Below, piece after piece: positions 43,809-57,576 of a DNA stretch of 64,000 nt. Position 1 is the stretch's first letter, and the number at the start of each line of letters is the position of its first letter. The notes below the pieces were generated by a model. The model saw only the letters and a program-made list of their open reading frames with translations, was not told the origin of the DNA and made no database searches. A program made the translations under genes and the position numbers. The stretch comes from the human T2T-CHM13v2.0 reference genome, Homo sapiens, in the NCBI RefSeq assembly GCF_009914755.1, contig NC_060926.1; one strand, written 5' to 3'.

Positions 43809-44382
43809 ATCCATAAGATCCCTTTAGGTCCTGAAACACTCCTATTTCATTACATGTGAGTGGGTTACACAAGAATCATTCCTGCCAGAGGTGTGGAAGA
43901 CAATGAGAGGCCACCCCAGACCCTCTGTTACCAGTGGAGTGTGTCCTGCTTCGTAGCATTTTGAACAGAGAATTGGTCAAAAGGCACAAACAAAATAGTT
44001 AAAGAAAAACGCAGATTTATTGAAAGAAAAGTACACTCCATAGAATGGGAACGTGCTCAAGCAAACGGCTCAAGAGCGCTGGTTACAGAATTTTCTGGGG
44101 TTTAAATATCCTGTAGAGGTTTCCCATTGATTTGGCATACACCCTAGGCAGATGAAGAGGATGCTTCCTGCCATAGCTGAAGTTACAAAGTTATTTACTT
44201 GGGCTTAGAAAGTTGGGGTTTTTCTGTTTGATTTAGTTCTTTAGTCCTTAGGTTCCCTGCCTCCAGACCATATTCCCATATTCTCCTGCCTCTCCTCTAC
44301 TTGTAAAAACAACTTGTAGCTGTTTTCTGGCTTTTTCAACCTCACTTCATGCTTCACTTAGGGGGCAGGGTCCAGGGCCCCC
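43809..44382 (+). repeat. Copy 2 of ~570-bp dispersed direct duplication (LTR at 43926-44293)
   Basis: Aligns with 37560-38129; LTR flanked by CCTC on both sides. Confidence 0.95.
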
Positions 44383-44408
44383 TTCACACTTCTGGGTCAG
44401 TTTCAGAA

Positions 44409-44448
44409 GGATGGATGGATGGATGGATGGATGGATAGATAGATAGAT
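44409..44448. repeat. (GGAT)n(AGAT)n tetranucleotide repeat
   Basis: Directly visible. Confidence 0.9.
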
Positions 44449-44815
44449 CTATATTTAAATATAGATTTATAGGTTATGAAAGCATTAATGCAGAAGTTAA
44501 AAAAGCCATTATATTCTCTGTTTTGTGCTTCAGATATATTCTCTTTTTGTGCTTCAAATAATAAAAAGGGTATTCTTTACCTTAATCTAGACTGAGAATG
44601 AGCAAACCTATATCAGTAATTTCCATTGGATGGTAATATATTCTAGAAGTGTAAAGTTTTCTTTAATAAAATTCAGAAAATATATTTATAAAACAATAGT
44701 TTGCTAAATATTTACAATCATACCTGAAAATTAGTGAAAAGCTGACAACAAGCAGCTTAATGATATTTTGCCTTAGAAAGCATATGACTATATATGCATG
44801 ATTTAAACAAATTTA

Positions 44816-45240
<425 letters not shown>

Positions 45241-46392
45241 TCAAGACAGGGTAATTCTTGTTTTAATGCTGAATAACTTAATTGCCTAGGTATTGGGTTT
45301 TTGATGGGAAATCAATAAAGTTCTCAGTAACAATGTTATTCTTTCTAATAGGTTGGGTATATTTATGTTTAGGATATATATGGTAATTGTACCTATATCT
45401 ATCTACATCATAGGTTTATTAATAAAGATTAGATGAGTTTAATTTATAGTAACTGACACATGGTAAAATCTCATGAAACTGTTGTTAAAATGATGTTGTT
45501 GATGATGATGATGCTTTGAGATGAAGTTAATTAGTTGCTTTGTAGTATCCCTTGCTTTTTCAGAATCAAATTATACTCCATTGAAATGTGTTAAGAAACC
45601 ACAATAGAAATTATTACTTTATGATCTAGAAATATATTTAACCATCCTATACAGGTAGCACAGCCCAAAAAGTACTCCTCTCTAGTTTAGAGGCTCCTGA
45701 TTTGGTATTAGGGTAGAAATATTACTAATTTTCCATCAGAGCCATTTCCCATGGTCTAGAATAGAGCCTTGAATTTCCAGAAATCTTGCTCCCCAACTCA
45801 GATGGTTTCCACTGTCATTTAATCATTGCAGAGGCTCTGATTGTGAGTAGTGGTAATGAGTGAAAGCAGAAACAGAATTTTCTCCAGTGATTTCCTTATT
45901 ATGTTCTTTCTGTTTGTGGATAAGAGGCAAATGAAGAACCTCAACAAAAGCCGTATTATTTGGGGATCTAATGTTAAAATAAAAAGCTGCAGCCTATAAT
46001 ATATTCTACCTTCAATGGGCAGCTGCTGCCATGCAAGTAAGAACAATATTGCAGCACAGCTTAAGTTCAAGTGGCTTGTCAAAGCACGTGTGGTGTTCCG
46101 AAGACTTAAAAGGAGCTTCACTACACACACAAAGTTCCTGTCTAGTTATTTTTTTACATCCTTTGAACCTGCAGCTGCTTAAACTTTAAAGTGACAGGCA
46201 GCTAACTCAAATTCAGCAGGAGTAGTCTTTGAAAACAGCCCTTTTCTGATGATGTTCAATTCAGAAGCAGTTCAGTGTGGGTCTAACACTGGCCTGTAAA
46301 TGTGAAGAGGGATATAAAATTTAAAAAGCAGCTAACAGCACATAACCCACATGAAACAGGGGCATTAACTGACAAATGTCCTTTTCTTATAG

Positions 46393-46470
46393 AGATTGAA
46401 ATCCAAATGACCTAGGAATAGTCTGGACATAGAGCAGGGAACTTCCACTCACTTGAGTGTTAAAAACAAG
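46393..46470 (+). other. Candidate 78-nt non-coding exon
   Basis: Branch ctgac 46369-46373, tccttttcttatAG acceptor, AAG|GTAAGA donor; stops in all three frames. Confidence 0.35.
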
Positions 46471-47107
46471 GTAAGAGAAGGGAAAAACCCTAGGTGTCTA
46501 TTTTCCTAAGCAGAGTGGTAATTGATGGGTTATTGCTGTAGTTTTTATTGCTGTTGTTGTTTATAAGATTGTTTAATTTCTGTAAAGACACGAATCAAGT
46601 GACCAGTTGAATCAGGGCTTTACAAACTGTGGTGTGAATAGCAGACAAACCTAGTGCCCATAAGCAAACTGTAACCACTCTTGATACCAGCACAGAAGTT
46701 GAGAATAAACTTTTTTTTAACACATGCTTATAGTGATTTGACATTTCTATATTATGTAAGCTCTTGACCAATGCACTTATCTCATTGAGTAGAGTATAAT
46801 ATATTTCAGGTGTTTTTCAACATTTGTGATGCAAGCTGTGTGTACTGGTCATATGTGATAAAAACATTTATCTGTTCATGACAGGATGACAGATTTGAAG
46901 TAATAAAAAGTAAAATTAACAAACCTGGTACTTCACTAAGGTAGGTTCAAAAGCGCTGATCTAAATGATATGAGGGACTTTTTTACCGGAAGCCACTTTA
47001 CCACAGACTGATATGGTTCCATTATTTGCTTTTTTGCATTATTATGTTAAGGCATTTGAGGCTCCAAAAACAAATTATTTATGGAAGGGGTCATATAGAT
47101 ACTCCAT

Positions 47108-47542
47108 TGTGCAGTTTATATAACCCGTCCTTCAAGATTAAAGGATTTATTCCCCCAGCTGCTGGCAATGTTGACAGCTAACAGCTGGCAGCCTAGTATT
47201 CTCTCCTGATGTTTGCCCTTAGCTGAAAAAGAGCTGCGTCATCTGATAACACGTCCCCTTCTCAGCAGCAGTATGCCTCTAATAGCTGTTTATGTGGGAG
47301 TAAAACAGTCTGGCCCCATTGCCCCAGTTTGAGACAACTCTTCAGGACCATCCCAGCTCCAGATCTCCTTGTAGCATCGGCTGAAGCCTTGCTGTGGCTG
47401 CATCCCAGCCTAAACTTTGCCTGGGCCCAGTTTTGTTTCCTTCACATTCCCACAGCTGTTGATCTTAATAGTACTTCCCAATAAACTTCCTGCCTGCAAA
47501 TTTCACATTAGAAGCTGCTTCCTGAAGAAACCAAGCTATGAC
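47108..47542 (+). mobile_element. LTR16A-like ERVL LTR
   Basis: ccttcaagattaaagg...cccaataaacttcctgc...ctgcttcctgaagaaaccaagctatgac. Confidence 0.75.
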
Positions 47543-48204
47543 CAGAGTAACACAATAATTTTTTTCAAAGATGTTTTTATTTTGGTTTCATTAATCAAGA
47601 TTGCCTTAATAGAGAATAAAGCCATGAAATAATGGAAAACTGAGCCTGGAGAAAGGAAAGTGATTTCAGCAGTGTGGGGCTCTCTGGTAGTTGTCGGGGC
47701 TAGAAGCCAGAGCCCAGGCTGCCAGGGGCAGGAGTGAGGCGGGGAAGACAGAAGAGCACAGGACCTTAATTTGTATAGGAAGGAATACTCCAGATACATT
47801 TTCCTCCTTCAGTGCCAGGGATAATTTATATATCCACAAATTAAAACACAACTCCATTTTCCCATTGTAGTGTTCTCCCTGGGATTTTAGAGCTTGTAGT
47901 GGTCCAGTGCTGATATGTAATACTGAGTGCTCACAAAGCACTACCTTCTGTTTTTAATTATAATATGTAATCTAAGAGACTAGAATTGGGTGCACTAAAA
48001 TGATTTTTATTCCAAAGGGCACAAAAGCATCCCTTCACATTTTTAAAATCTTTAACCATAATTGAGTGCATCTTATCACATTGCTATGGCCACACCTGAA
48101 ATGTCTCAATTTCATAATGCCCTAGCTGCTCTCACATTGAGCCATCTACTAACCTTCTCCAGGGAACTCTAGTCATATTTTTGTTTACTTCCCTGCTATT
48201 CCAA

Positions 48205-48360
48205 TTGCAGTCTTCCAACAAGCAGCATCGGCATCACTTGGGAGCTTGTTAGAAATTCAGATTCTCAGGCCCTTCCCAGACTTACTAAATCAGAACCTGT
48301 TGTTTAGAAAGATTCTCAGGTATTTTTTATGCACACTGGTGCCTGAGAAGCATTGCTCTA
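48205..48360. mobile_element. MER5A (hAT-Charlie)
   Basis: gcagcatcggcatcacttgggagcttgttagaaattcagattctcaggccc. Confidence 0.85.
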
Positions 48361-49329
48361 TGTGACAGAAATTATCTGGAGCTGTGCATTTTGCAGCTTG
48401 CATGGTTCTACACAACAACTCTGATATTAGAGGCAAGTTCGGCGATGCTACCTTTGTCATTTACACCAACCAACTATGACAGTCCTTATTTCACGTTAGA
48501 AAGTTGGAGGATGGAACTGAAGCCACAATGATTAAAAAAAAAAACTGTTCCAAAAAAGTAATTAAAAAGACAAAATGACCCCAAAAATTAATAAGTAAAG
48601 ACAAAATACCATATGATACATACACCAAAAGGAAAACAGCAGTTTATGAGGACTCAGTCTAAGCTCTCTAAAATGACCTACAAGAATGAACCTGCATAAT
48701 TGGGCCCCTATTTCTCTTTTCATCTTTATCTTTGGCCACCTCCCACCTCTATTGAATACACACACACACACGCATCTAAATGCCAGGCTGGTCTCTCTTC
48801 ATTTTCATCTTGATCATTGCATGAGTTCTCTCTTTCTGAAATACTCCTTCTTTCATCTAAACAAATTATATTTTTTCAAAAATTTTAGCTAGATTTGTAT
48901 TTGAAAAGAGGGGCATACACATCACACAATATTTTGACAGTAGAAAAAGCATACAGTAAAAATAATCGCCCTTCCAGTTTATCCCAGGTTGTCAGGCCTG
49001 TTCCCCAGAGACAACTAACATACCACCTTCTCATGTTTCCTACAGAAATATTCTACATATTGTAACACATCAATATCTCTAGTTTTAAAACACACATAAG
49101 AGTATGTATCAAACCAATTCTTTGCTTGGCCTTAGTCCGTGATAGCACCTGCATATGTCATTCAACTCTCCCAGTGCTGCCAAATATCAGGTTGGAAGGA
49201 AGAGCCTCAGGCTATTCAGCCAGGCCCTTACTATATGATGACTCTTCAATGAAGTGAGTACAAACCTTTGTAGAGTAAAATACAATCAGCTTCGCATCAT
49301 CTCTTTTTATAAATTGATTTTGTCAAACA

Positions 49330-49629
49330 CTGAGTGCTGTCCAGCTCTCCTTTACCCACCATGGCCTCCTGGACACCCAGCTCCATCCCCTGGACTCAGG
49401 GAGACACTGCCCTCCAGCTGGGCTCCTGCTCCCTGGAAACTCTCCAGGAAGTGAGCTGTGGCCATCATGGGGTTTACTTCATCCGTTCCCCTCAGAGGGA
49501 TTGCTGCCTTGCACTGCCTGATGTCCATAGTCTGAAAACCCTTCATAACACATTTTCCCAGTTTTTAAGTGTTTCAGGTAGGAGGATAAATCCAGTTCCT
49601 GTTACTCCATCTCAGGCAGAAGTAGAAGT
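49330..49629 (-). mobile_element. L1ME 5' end
   Basis: cctgttactccatctcaggcagaagtagaagt is the antisense of the L1ME start. Confidence 0.7.
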
Positions 49630-49862
49630 ATCATTTTTTAAAAAATTTATATTTTTATTTCAAATTTCGTATTTGATATTATTTCTTTCATAAAGCCTTC
49701 TGAGGTTCCAACAGTACCCTCCATTTCTTCTATGTTGTTGTACAATATAATGAATGTCTGATTCCTTAGGCTACAAACCTTGGTTTAGCACTATATCCAG
49801 CACCCAACATAGTGGCTGAGTACGTCTTGATTGAGAAAACAAATAAATAGTATAATATAAAT

Positions 49863-50346
49863 GGTTTTATTTGTTATCTATTGCAAAAAGAAATTATCAC
49901 AAACCTAGTAGCTTAAAATAACACATACTTATTATCATAGTGTTCACATGTCCAGGAGCCCAGGCATAGCTTAGTGGTATCTTCTGTAAGGCTGCAATCA
50001 AGGTGTTGGCCAGGGATGAGTTCTCATCTGGAGACTCAACCAGGGAAGAATCTGCTTCTAAGTTTTCTGTAGTAGTTGCTGACAGAATTTGTTTCCTTGC
50101 AGTTATGTAATTCATGGCAGCTTGCTTTTTCAAATCCAGTAATGGAGAGAGAGACTCTGGCAGGATGAGTATCCTACTCTTCAGCATCTGTGCACACATA
50201 ACCATATACATCTCATTATCTTTGTCGCATTCTTTTGGTTAGAAGCAAGTTGCAGGTCTTGCTCAGATACAAAAGGAGGGAATGACACAAGGTGTGATTA
50301 TAAGGAGGTGGGACAATGCATGCCTCCTTAAAGTCAGTCCACTACA
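49863..50346 (-). mobile_element. MLT1 (D/E/F-like) MaLR LTR
   Basis: aaggctgcaatcaaggtgttggccaggg...gaagaatctgcttctaag...ttggttagaagcaagt. Confidence 0.82.
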
Positions 50347-50384
50347 ATAGGTATTGTTAAAGTTTGTTGTTGTTGTTTTTGCTA

Positions 50385-50774
<390 letters not shown>

Positions 50775-51849
50775 TAAACTTCTTCAATATGAGATTCAAA
50801 TAGTGGCCTATAAAACTTTTGTAGTGAGATTTGCCACATAGTTTTCTCAAATATTTTTCCTTTGCATTAAACCACTGCAGTTAGATTACTTGCCTTTGAA
50901 TAAACCCAACTTTCTATCTCAAGATGCTCCTGTATTCCACAAGAAAACACTGCTTGCCTGGCAGATGGATATAACATATTTATCTTCCTGATGTGAGTCT
51001 TCAAATATGTTTTTCATTTCTGCTAACCTTAGTCAATAATCCAGTTGTTTGCTAAGCTGAAAATGTAAAGCTTGTTGGCAGCTCCATGTAATTCTCATAC
51101 ATTTTTTTTTCACCTCAGTAGTTTTATTTTTCTCACACTCCTCTGACTGTTTCTAAAGAATTGGCAATACCCTGTCAGGCACCTGTGTCTTTCAAAAGGG
51201 GAGAATTTCAAATTTGCCTCTAGCAAAGTTACACATTTTCCACCTGTTGTACAAGTAAACATCTTGCATATATGTAAAAATAGTATAAGTCCTCTATGAA
51301 GTCCATATTAGCAATACACCCCTTTGAAAAATAAGAATCATGTCTAGTTATTTCTTTAGCAGAATGATATGTACTAAGATAAAGATAAAATATAGAAAGG
51401 TTTTTGATTATTATTTAAAAAAATTCTTATTCACTCTCTGGTAACATGGTGAATATTTATTCAGCCCGCTTGCATCTTTCCAATGAGCTCACTATTTCAC
51501 ATTCATGACTTATTTATGTGTGGGTGTGTGTGTATGCTTTATCTTTCCTTCCCAGCTTACGCTGGTTTCACAAACAACAGCTTGAATGGGATTTGTGGTT
51601 GTTATTGTCGAGGCAGTAATCACTAGTGTAACAATATTTTTTAAAAGACAAGAAATTATTGCCAGTTCAACCCAAATTATGTTTGTCGGATGCAGATGAG
51701 CCATAATCCTGTGGACTCCCTGATAGTGAGGAGTTCTGTCCATCTCTGTGCTTTTCACTCTTGATGCTGATATCACGCAAATCAATTGTATGGTAGTCAT
51801 ACAATTCCCAATATTCGTGGGAAACATTGCTTGTTTCCTGTGGATGGTT

Positions 51850-52520
51850 CATCCTTCATTAAATATAATTTAAGTGCTCATATATTCCCAAATTTTATCT
51901 TTCATCAGTTCTCTATCCTTGGATTCAGATGTAAATGGACACTTGCCCTACTTCCATTTTCACCTGGATCTCTCACAGGAAAAGCAAACTCTAACTATAC
52001 AAATTCCATTTCTTATAATTTTTTACCAAAGCTATTCCTCCTTCTTTATTTGCTTTACAATTTATGGCACCATTACCCAGCCAGACAATTAAGAAGCAAA
52101 TCCTGGAGGCATCTATTACTCTATCCTCTCCCACATGTACTCTACCTAATCCATCATCAAGACTTGCAAATCTTATCTCCTGAGTATCTACAATGTATTC
52201 ACTTCTATTCACCTCTAATATTGTGGTTCTACTTCAGACTTTGGTCATCATGTGTCTGGATAAAACTGCAATTACTTTTTAACTGATCTCTCTCTTTCTG
52301 CCCAGTGTTGTTCTTCCCAGACTGACTCTCCCTAGCAACAAGAGGTAAGGCACTACACAAAATTGCCATGTAACCCCCAATCTCCTTTAACTCTTTCACC
52401 TAATATATAAAGTATAAGCTTCATAGTATGACATAAGACATATAGTACAATCTCACCCTAATTACATTTCTAGCCTTTTTCTCATTACTTCCTTCTGACT
52501 CTATGATTCAGTATCATTTA
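51850..52520 (+). mobile_element. L2 fragment
   Basis: cacctggatctctcacagg...cctggaggcatctattactctatcctctcc...aatccatcatcaagacttgc. Confidence 0.7.
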
Positions 52521-53274
52521 TACTGCTGCTATCAACCATAATAAAGAAGGTATTCAAGGTTGAAAGTATACCTGGTACCAGATATGTAGAGACACAGACT
52601 AGGAAGCTGTGAATATATCCACTGGAGGAGAATAATAAGGTATAGCATCTCTCTAGATAGCTTCCATTGTTGAGACCTTAGAGAGAGGTAGATGTTTGAG
52701 GATAGAGTTCTTCCTATCAAGAGATTAAATGGGAATAAAGGAAAGCCAGGTCCACTTGTCAGTTCCTTGGGTTTAGCAAGTGCCAATAAAAAAAAAAAAT
52801 AGAAGTTCATTATCTTATTAACATTTTTGTAATTTTTCAAAGAAATTTACAAATATTTTTTACAAGTATTTACATTCATCCTCCCTGGGATTCCAGCCAG
52901 GTAATAAGGATTCTTGCTCCCACTTCTGAAATTATCAGGCTAGCCACGCTTGGTAATGTGTAATTAATCTCAAGAAAATGGTGAAAATTATTTAGGCAAG
53001 AAGCAATCATTATTTGAGTCACCCAAGCCTTATTGTTGCAATCTTACACTTCTATTTCCCTCTAATTCTCCTGATGCTTAAGTTTCATTGAATCATTTAA
53101 GTCCTGACTGAATATCTTGTTTCACCAGTTAACTTATTGTGTTCTTCAGTATGTTCTCTGACCTCAATCACTGTTGGCTGTTCCCTTTAACTTAAACACA
53201 CCCTAACCATTGTTGTTTTCTCTTCATTCTACATCTATTATTGCTGTATCTTAATTTTATAATAAAGATGCATC

Positions 53275-55560
53275 CTTGGGTTCCAGGAATGCAGTAGACT
53301 CACCTAATACAGCCTTTTCCAATGCTATAATCATATAGAAATGCTAGAGAGAATAAAATAATACTATGAGCATTAAAAAAAAAGAAAATGGAACTGTATC
53401 AATAAACAGAAATGGAAAGAGAACTCAGAGACAAATGATCAGAAAAAGGCACACACACATGTGCATGTACCTTATACACTCTATGGAGAGACGGGGCTTT
53501 GGGATCCTCACATGTTGGGGTGTGGAAATTGATACCTTTGTCATCTACCTCTGAGATGACAATCCTCTCTGGAAAGATAAGAAAAACATCATCTCATACT
53601 GGCCCAGGGAAAGAGCAGGGAAGCTTGTCTCTCACTGAAGTTCCAAGGTGTATTACCAAGTGTCCTCTGAGAAATAAAAATGCCAGGCCTACACCACTTG
53701 CAAATATAGATCTGAATTCACTTTAACTATGTGGCACAGGCATCCCCAAAGCGAAGTACTGTTGAAACTACTGAGAAAGTAGTAGTAGCAAAATGTAACA
53801 TCACTTACTTGTGTATAAACACACAAAAACCATAAATGGATTTTTAATGTGATGACACACAACAAAAATATTACTAAGCATATAAGGAAATTGAAATTCA
53901 TGAGAGTTACTAGAAAAAAAGAAAAGAATTAAGAAGTCACAAATTAGAAACAACATAAAAAAGTAAAATAGAGTTAATTATGTTTAAACTCATCACAGAC
54001 ACAAAAATAGGAGAAAATAACAAAAGCAAAATATGGGAAAAGAAGACTGAAAAAAGTAGACCTCTAAATAAAATAATATATATATTAAAAAGCAGACTCA
54101 ATAAATGGATTGAACGCAGCTGAAGAATCAATGAAATTGAAGATATATTTAAAGAGATAAAACAACGGAACAAGTGTTGAGGATAAAGGATATGAAATAA
54201 ATTGGAAAGGGGTTCCTTTTTAAAAATAGACATTCCAGATGTAAGAATAAAAAGAATGGGGTAGAAACAAAGAGATAGTGACTGAGAATATTCTGGAATT
54301 GGAGAAAGACACATATCTTTATACTGAAGAAGATTACTGAGTGACAACTGGAATGAATAAAAATAAATTTGCAACTACATCCAATGTTAGAAAACTGCAG
54401 ATAACCAAAAAAAAGAGAGAAAATATTAAGAAGTATCTCAATTTTTAAAACATGCTTCCTACAAATTAATTAATTATTGACCTTACATGAGGCTTTTCCA
54501 AAATAATAACATAGGTCAGATGACCAAATAGCATATTTTCATCTCATCACTTTACTGAGGCATTAAACTATCAATTTAAAATTTTAGACCAAGTTGAATT
54601 CTCACTCAAGAGTATAATTAAATAAGCAGACTGTATGATCACTATCATAAATCTTATACAATAATTTTACATCATAAAGTTTTCAACCTATAGCTACTAC
54701 CCAACCCCTACTCCAAATATACACATACAACCACAGAGGCATAAAAATTAGATGATTTGAAGATATGCTTCAATAAGAACAAAACTGAACCCAGAAGGAA
54801 GTGGAAAAGTATAAAAGTCTATGAGGCCAGGCGCTATGGCTCACGCCTGTAATCGCAGCCCTTTGGGAGGCCGAGGTGGGTGGTCACCTGAGGTCAAAAG
54901 TTCAAGACCAGCCTGGCCAACATGGTGAAATCTCGTCTTTACTAAAAATACAAAAATTAGCCAGGTGTGGTAGCAGGCATCTGTAGTCACAGCCACTTGG
55001 GACGCTTAGGCAGGAGAATAGCTTGAACTAGGGAGGTGGAGGTTTCAGTGAGCTGAGATCATGCCACTGCACTCCAACCTGGGCAACAGAGTGAGACTCA
55101 GTCTCAGGAAAAATAAATCAATAATGAGCAGATGAGTCAGTAAACTTGGGGAAATCTATGTAATGCTTTACTATAAAACAATAATTATAAATGTACGTGA
55201 TTTATAAAGTAAAATTTAAATATGGCAATACAATATAGAAGGTGGGCAGGTGATCAAAGTTCAAATATTAAAACTATGTTGATCTTTATGTAGAAAGAAA
55301 TAAGTGCAGGCATATAAATAAATGATGTAATATGAGTTGATTATTTTTACCCAATAAACTAGAGGCATTCTAGGATTAGATAAAACAATACAAATTTACC
55401 TAAGTGTTCTTTTTATAAGATATATCTAAACCTAATATCCCAGAAAAGGAAAAACTTTAAAGATAGACAATTTTTATGGTATCAGTAAAACCTCATACCT
55501 TTGCAAAAAGAAAGAGAAAACCCTGAGAATAGCACTATTAATACCAGATGAAATAGTGTT
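53275..55560 (+). mobile_element. L1ME/HAL1-like 5' region and ORF1 (very diverged)
   Basis: A-rich ORF1-like stretch 53850-54650 (gaacgcagctgaagaatcaatgaaattgaagata). Confidence 0.55.
54825..55117 (+). mobile_element. AluSx-like
   Basis: Alu dimer. Confidence 0.93.
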
Positions 55561-55567
55561 TAGAAAC

Positions 55568-56450
55568 TCCTTGGCAAATGGCTGACTCTAGGACTGGAAC
55601 AGGAATCATACAAGATGAGCCAGGAGCATCTCGTGGTGCCAGAAATTAAGAAAATAAACCTAAAACAAAAACAAAACCTCACAAAGTAACAAAATAAATA
55701 AAACAGTTTTGAATTGTTACCTAAAGTATAAAATAAATATCTATGAACTCATAAAATGACTAAGTAAACAGGGAGTATACTCAGCCCTCAAGAAGGGAAA
55801 ACATAACTTCCTAATCCTTAAGTATGGGCTGTACATAGTGACTTTCTTCCAAAGACTGTGATGTAGAAAGCGGGGCAAGGAAGGTAACTGTACAGTGGAA
55901 AATTCTGACAAACACAACCTGGGCCAAATGATCAAGGTCAGTATCAACAGTCGGAAATCCTGTTGATACCATGTACTCTTGATATGATGTGATGACAATG
56001 GCACTTTGTTTCCAAGATCTTCCTTCCCAAAACCCGTAACCCCAGTCTTATCATGAAAAATATCAGACAAATTCCAATAGGGTAACATGCCACCATATAC
56101 CTGACTAGTACTCCTCAAAACTGTCAAGGTCATCAAAATTAAGGAAAAATTAGAGAAACGGTTACAGCCAAAGGATCCTGAAGAGATATGACAACTATAT
56201 GCAATGCAGTGTCCTGGATGGGATTCTGGAGCAGAAGAAGTATATTAAGAAAAAGTACAGCAACTTTATTAAGCTATGGACTTCAGATAATAATAATATA
56301 TCAATATTAGTTTATTAACTGTAACCTATCATATCATGCTAACCTAAAATGTTCATAATAGGGAAAACTAGGTGTGGGGTATATAGAGACTCTGTTCTAT
56401 CTTCCCAATTTTAATTTTTGTAAATCTAAAACTATTTTTAAATATCTATT
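55568..56450 (+). mobile_element. L1MC 3' UTR
   Basis: caagatgagccaggagcatctcgtggtgccag; ctcctcaaaactgtcaaggtcatcaaaa. Confidence 0.85.
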
Positions 56451-57055
56451 AAGAATGCTTCTGAAGCAAACATAGCAAATGTTTTCTTTTGTTAAACCTG
56501 ATGGTTGATTATATGGCTATATTTAATACTACTTGCTATACTTCTGGAGGTTTTGTGGAACAATTTTATAATTCTTTCTAAATAAAATTTTTATTTCATC
56601 AACTTCTAATTTTCTGAGGACTGACTGTGTATGCAAATACTATACTGCTACGTCTTAGAATGTTCTAGGTTCCTCCCGTTCATTTTCTGAATAGTATTCA
56701 AAATTTGTGCCTGATTATCAAAACTCATAACAAAAATTATTTAACCACTTTCACAAATTTTCACATTCTAAGCATCCATGGAAGCTTTATGTAAAAATGA
56801 ACATGAAATATTTATATTCATTTAGCAGAAATACTAATAATTCAATTAACTAAAAAGTCAACATGTCTCAAAAAGTGATTAAAGTGTAGCATTTTGAAAA
56901 TTTAAATAGTTTAGGTAATACTAAAGAAATGGAAAGATCATAAAATATTTTATAAGATTACTATATTTCCAAAAGTCCTTTATGACTGTTATCTTTCTTA
57001 AAATTAGCACATAATTACCTAAAATGGCCATATACTTTGGTTAACTCAACACCCC

Positions 57056-57295
57056 GTATATTGGTAAGAGTTGTCCAAAGAAATAAAAATAGAATGTGCA
57101 TGTGTGTGTGTGTGTGTGTGTATGTGTAGACAGATAGATGTGGGGGAGAGGGTATTAATTATAAGGAATTGGCCCACGTGGTTATGGAGGCTGAGAAGTC
57201 CCAAGATCTTCAGTCAGCAAGCTGGAGACCCTGGAGAGCTGGTGTGGTTCCAGTGCGAGTCTGCAAATCTGAGAACCAGGGAGCTGATGGTGTGG
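57056..57295 (-). mobile_element. MLT2 LTR fragment with (TG)n
   Basis: ttataaggaattggcccacgtggttatggaggctgagaagtcccaagatc. Confidence 0.85.
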
Positions 57296-57576
57296 ATCTA
57301 GCACCACACTCCTGCCACCTGATTTTATCTGTATTCTCCCAAGTTACATAGGTCACTGTGTCTATCTCCTGTTGTTCTTTCCTAACTCTCCTTCCTCTCA
57401 GTTGATTCTGACTTACTCTCATATTTCTTAAATCTAATGATGAGAATAATAAGAAAATTAACCATAAAAGAAAAGATAATATGTATTGAAATATATCCCA
57501 ACCCCCATAACTAAAATGAAACACACCAAAAACAGAATCTCACAGCCTGCCAAATGAGAGATTAGTCATGTATCAC

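Noticed and set aside
37682-44293. Intact provirus bounded by two LTRs
   Set aside because: Both LTRs share the same flanks, and the spacer has no PBS, PPT or gag/pol similarity
49235-49333. C/D-box snoRNA-like motifs (ATGATGA...CTGA)
   Set aside because: No convincing terminal stem or recognisable guide; the motif pair is expected by chance
51786-52286. 166-aa ORF
   Set aside because: Lies in a decayed L2; no recognisable domain or gene structure
53937-54374. 145-aa hydrophobic ORF (minus)
   Set aside because: Antisense of A-rich L1 ORF1-like sequence; composition artefact
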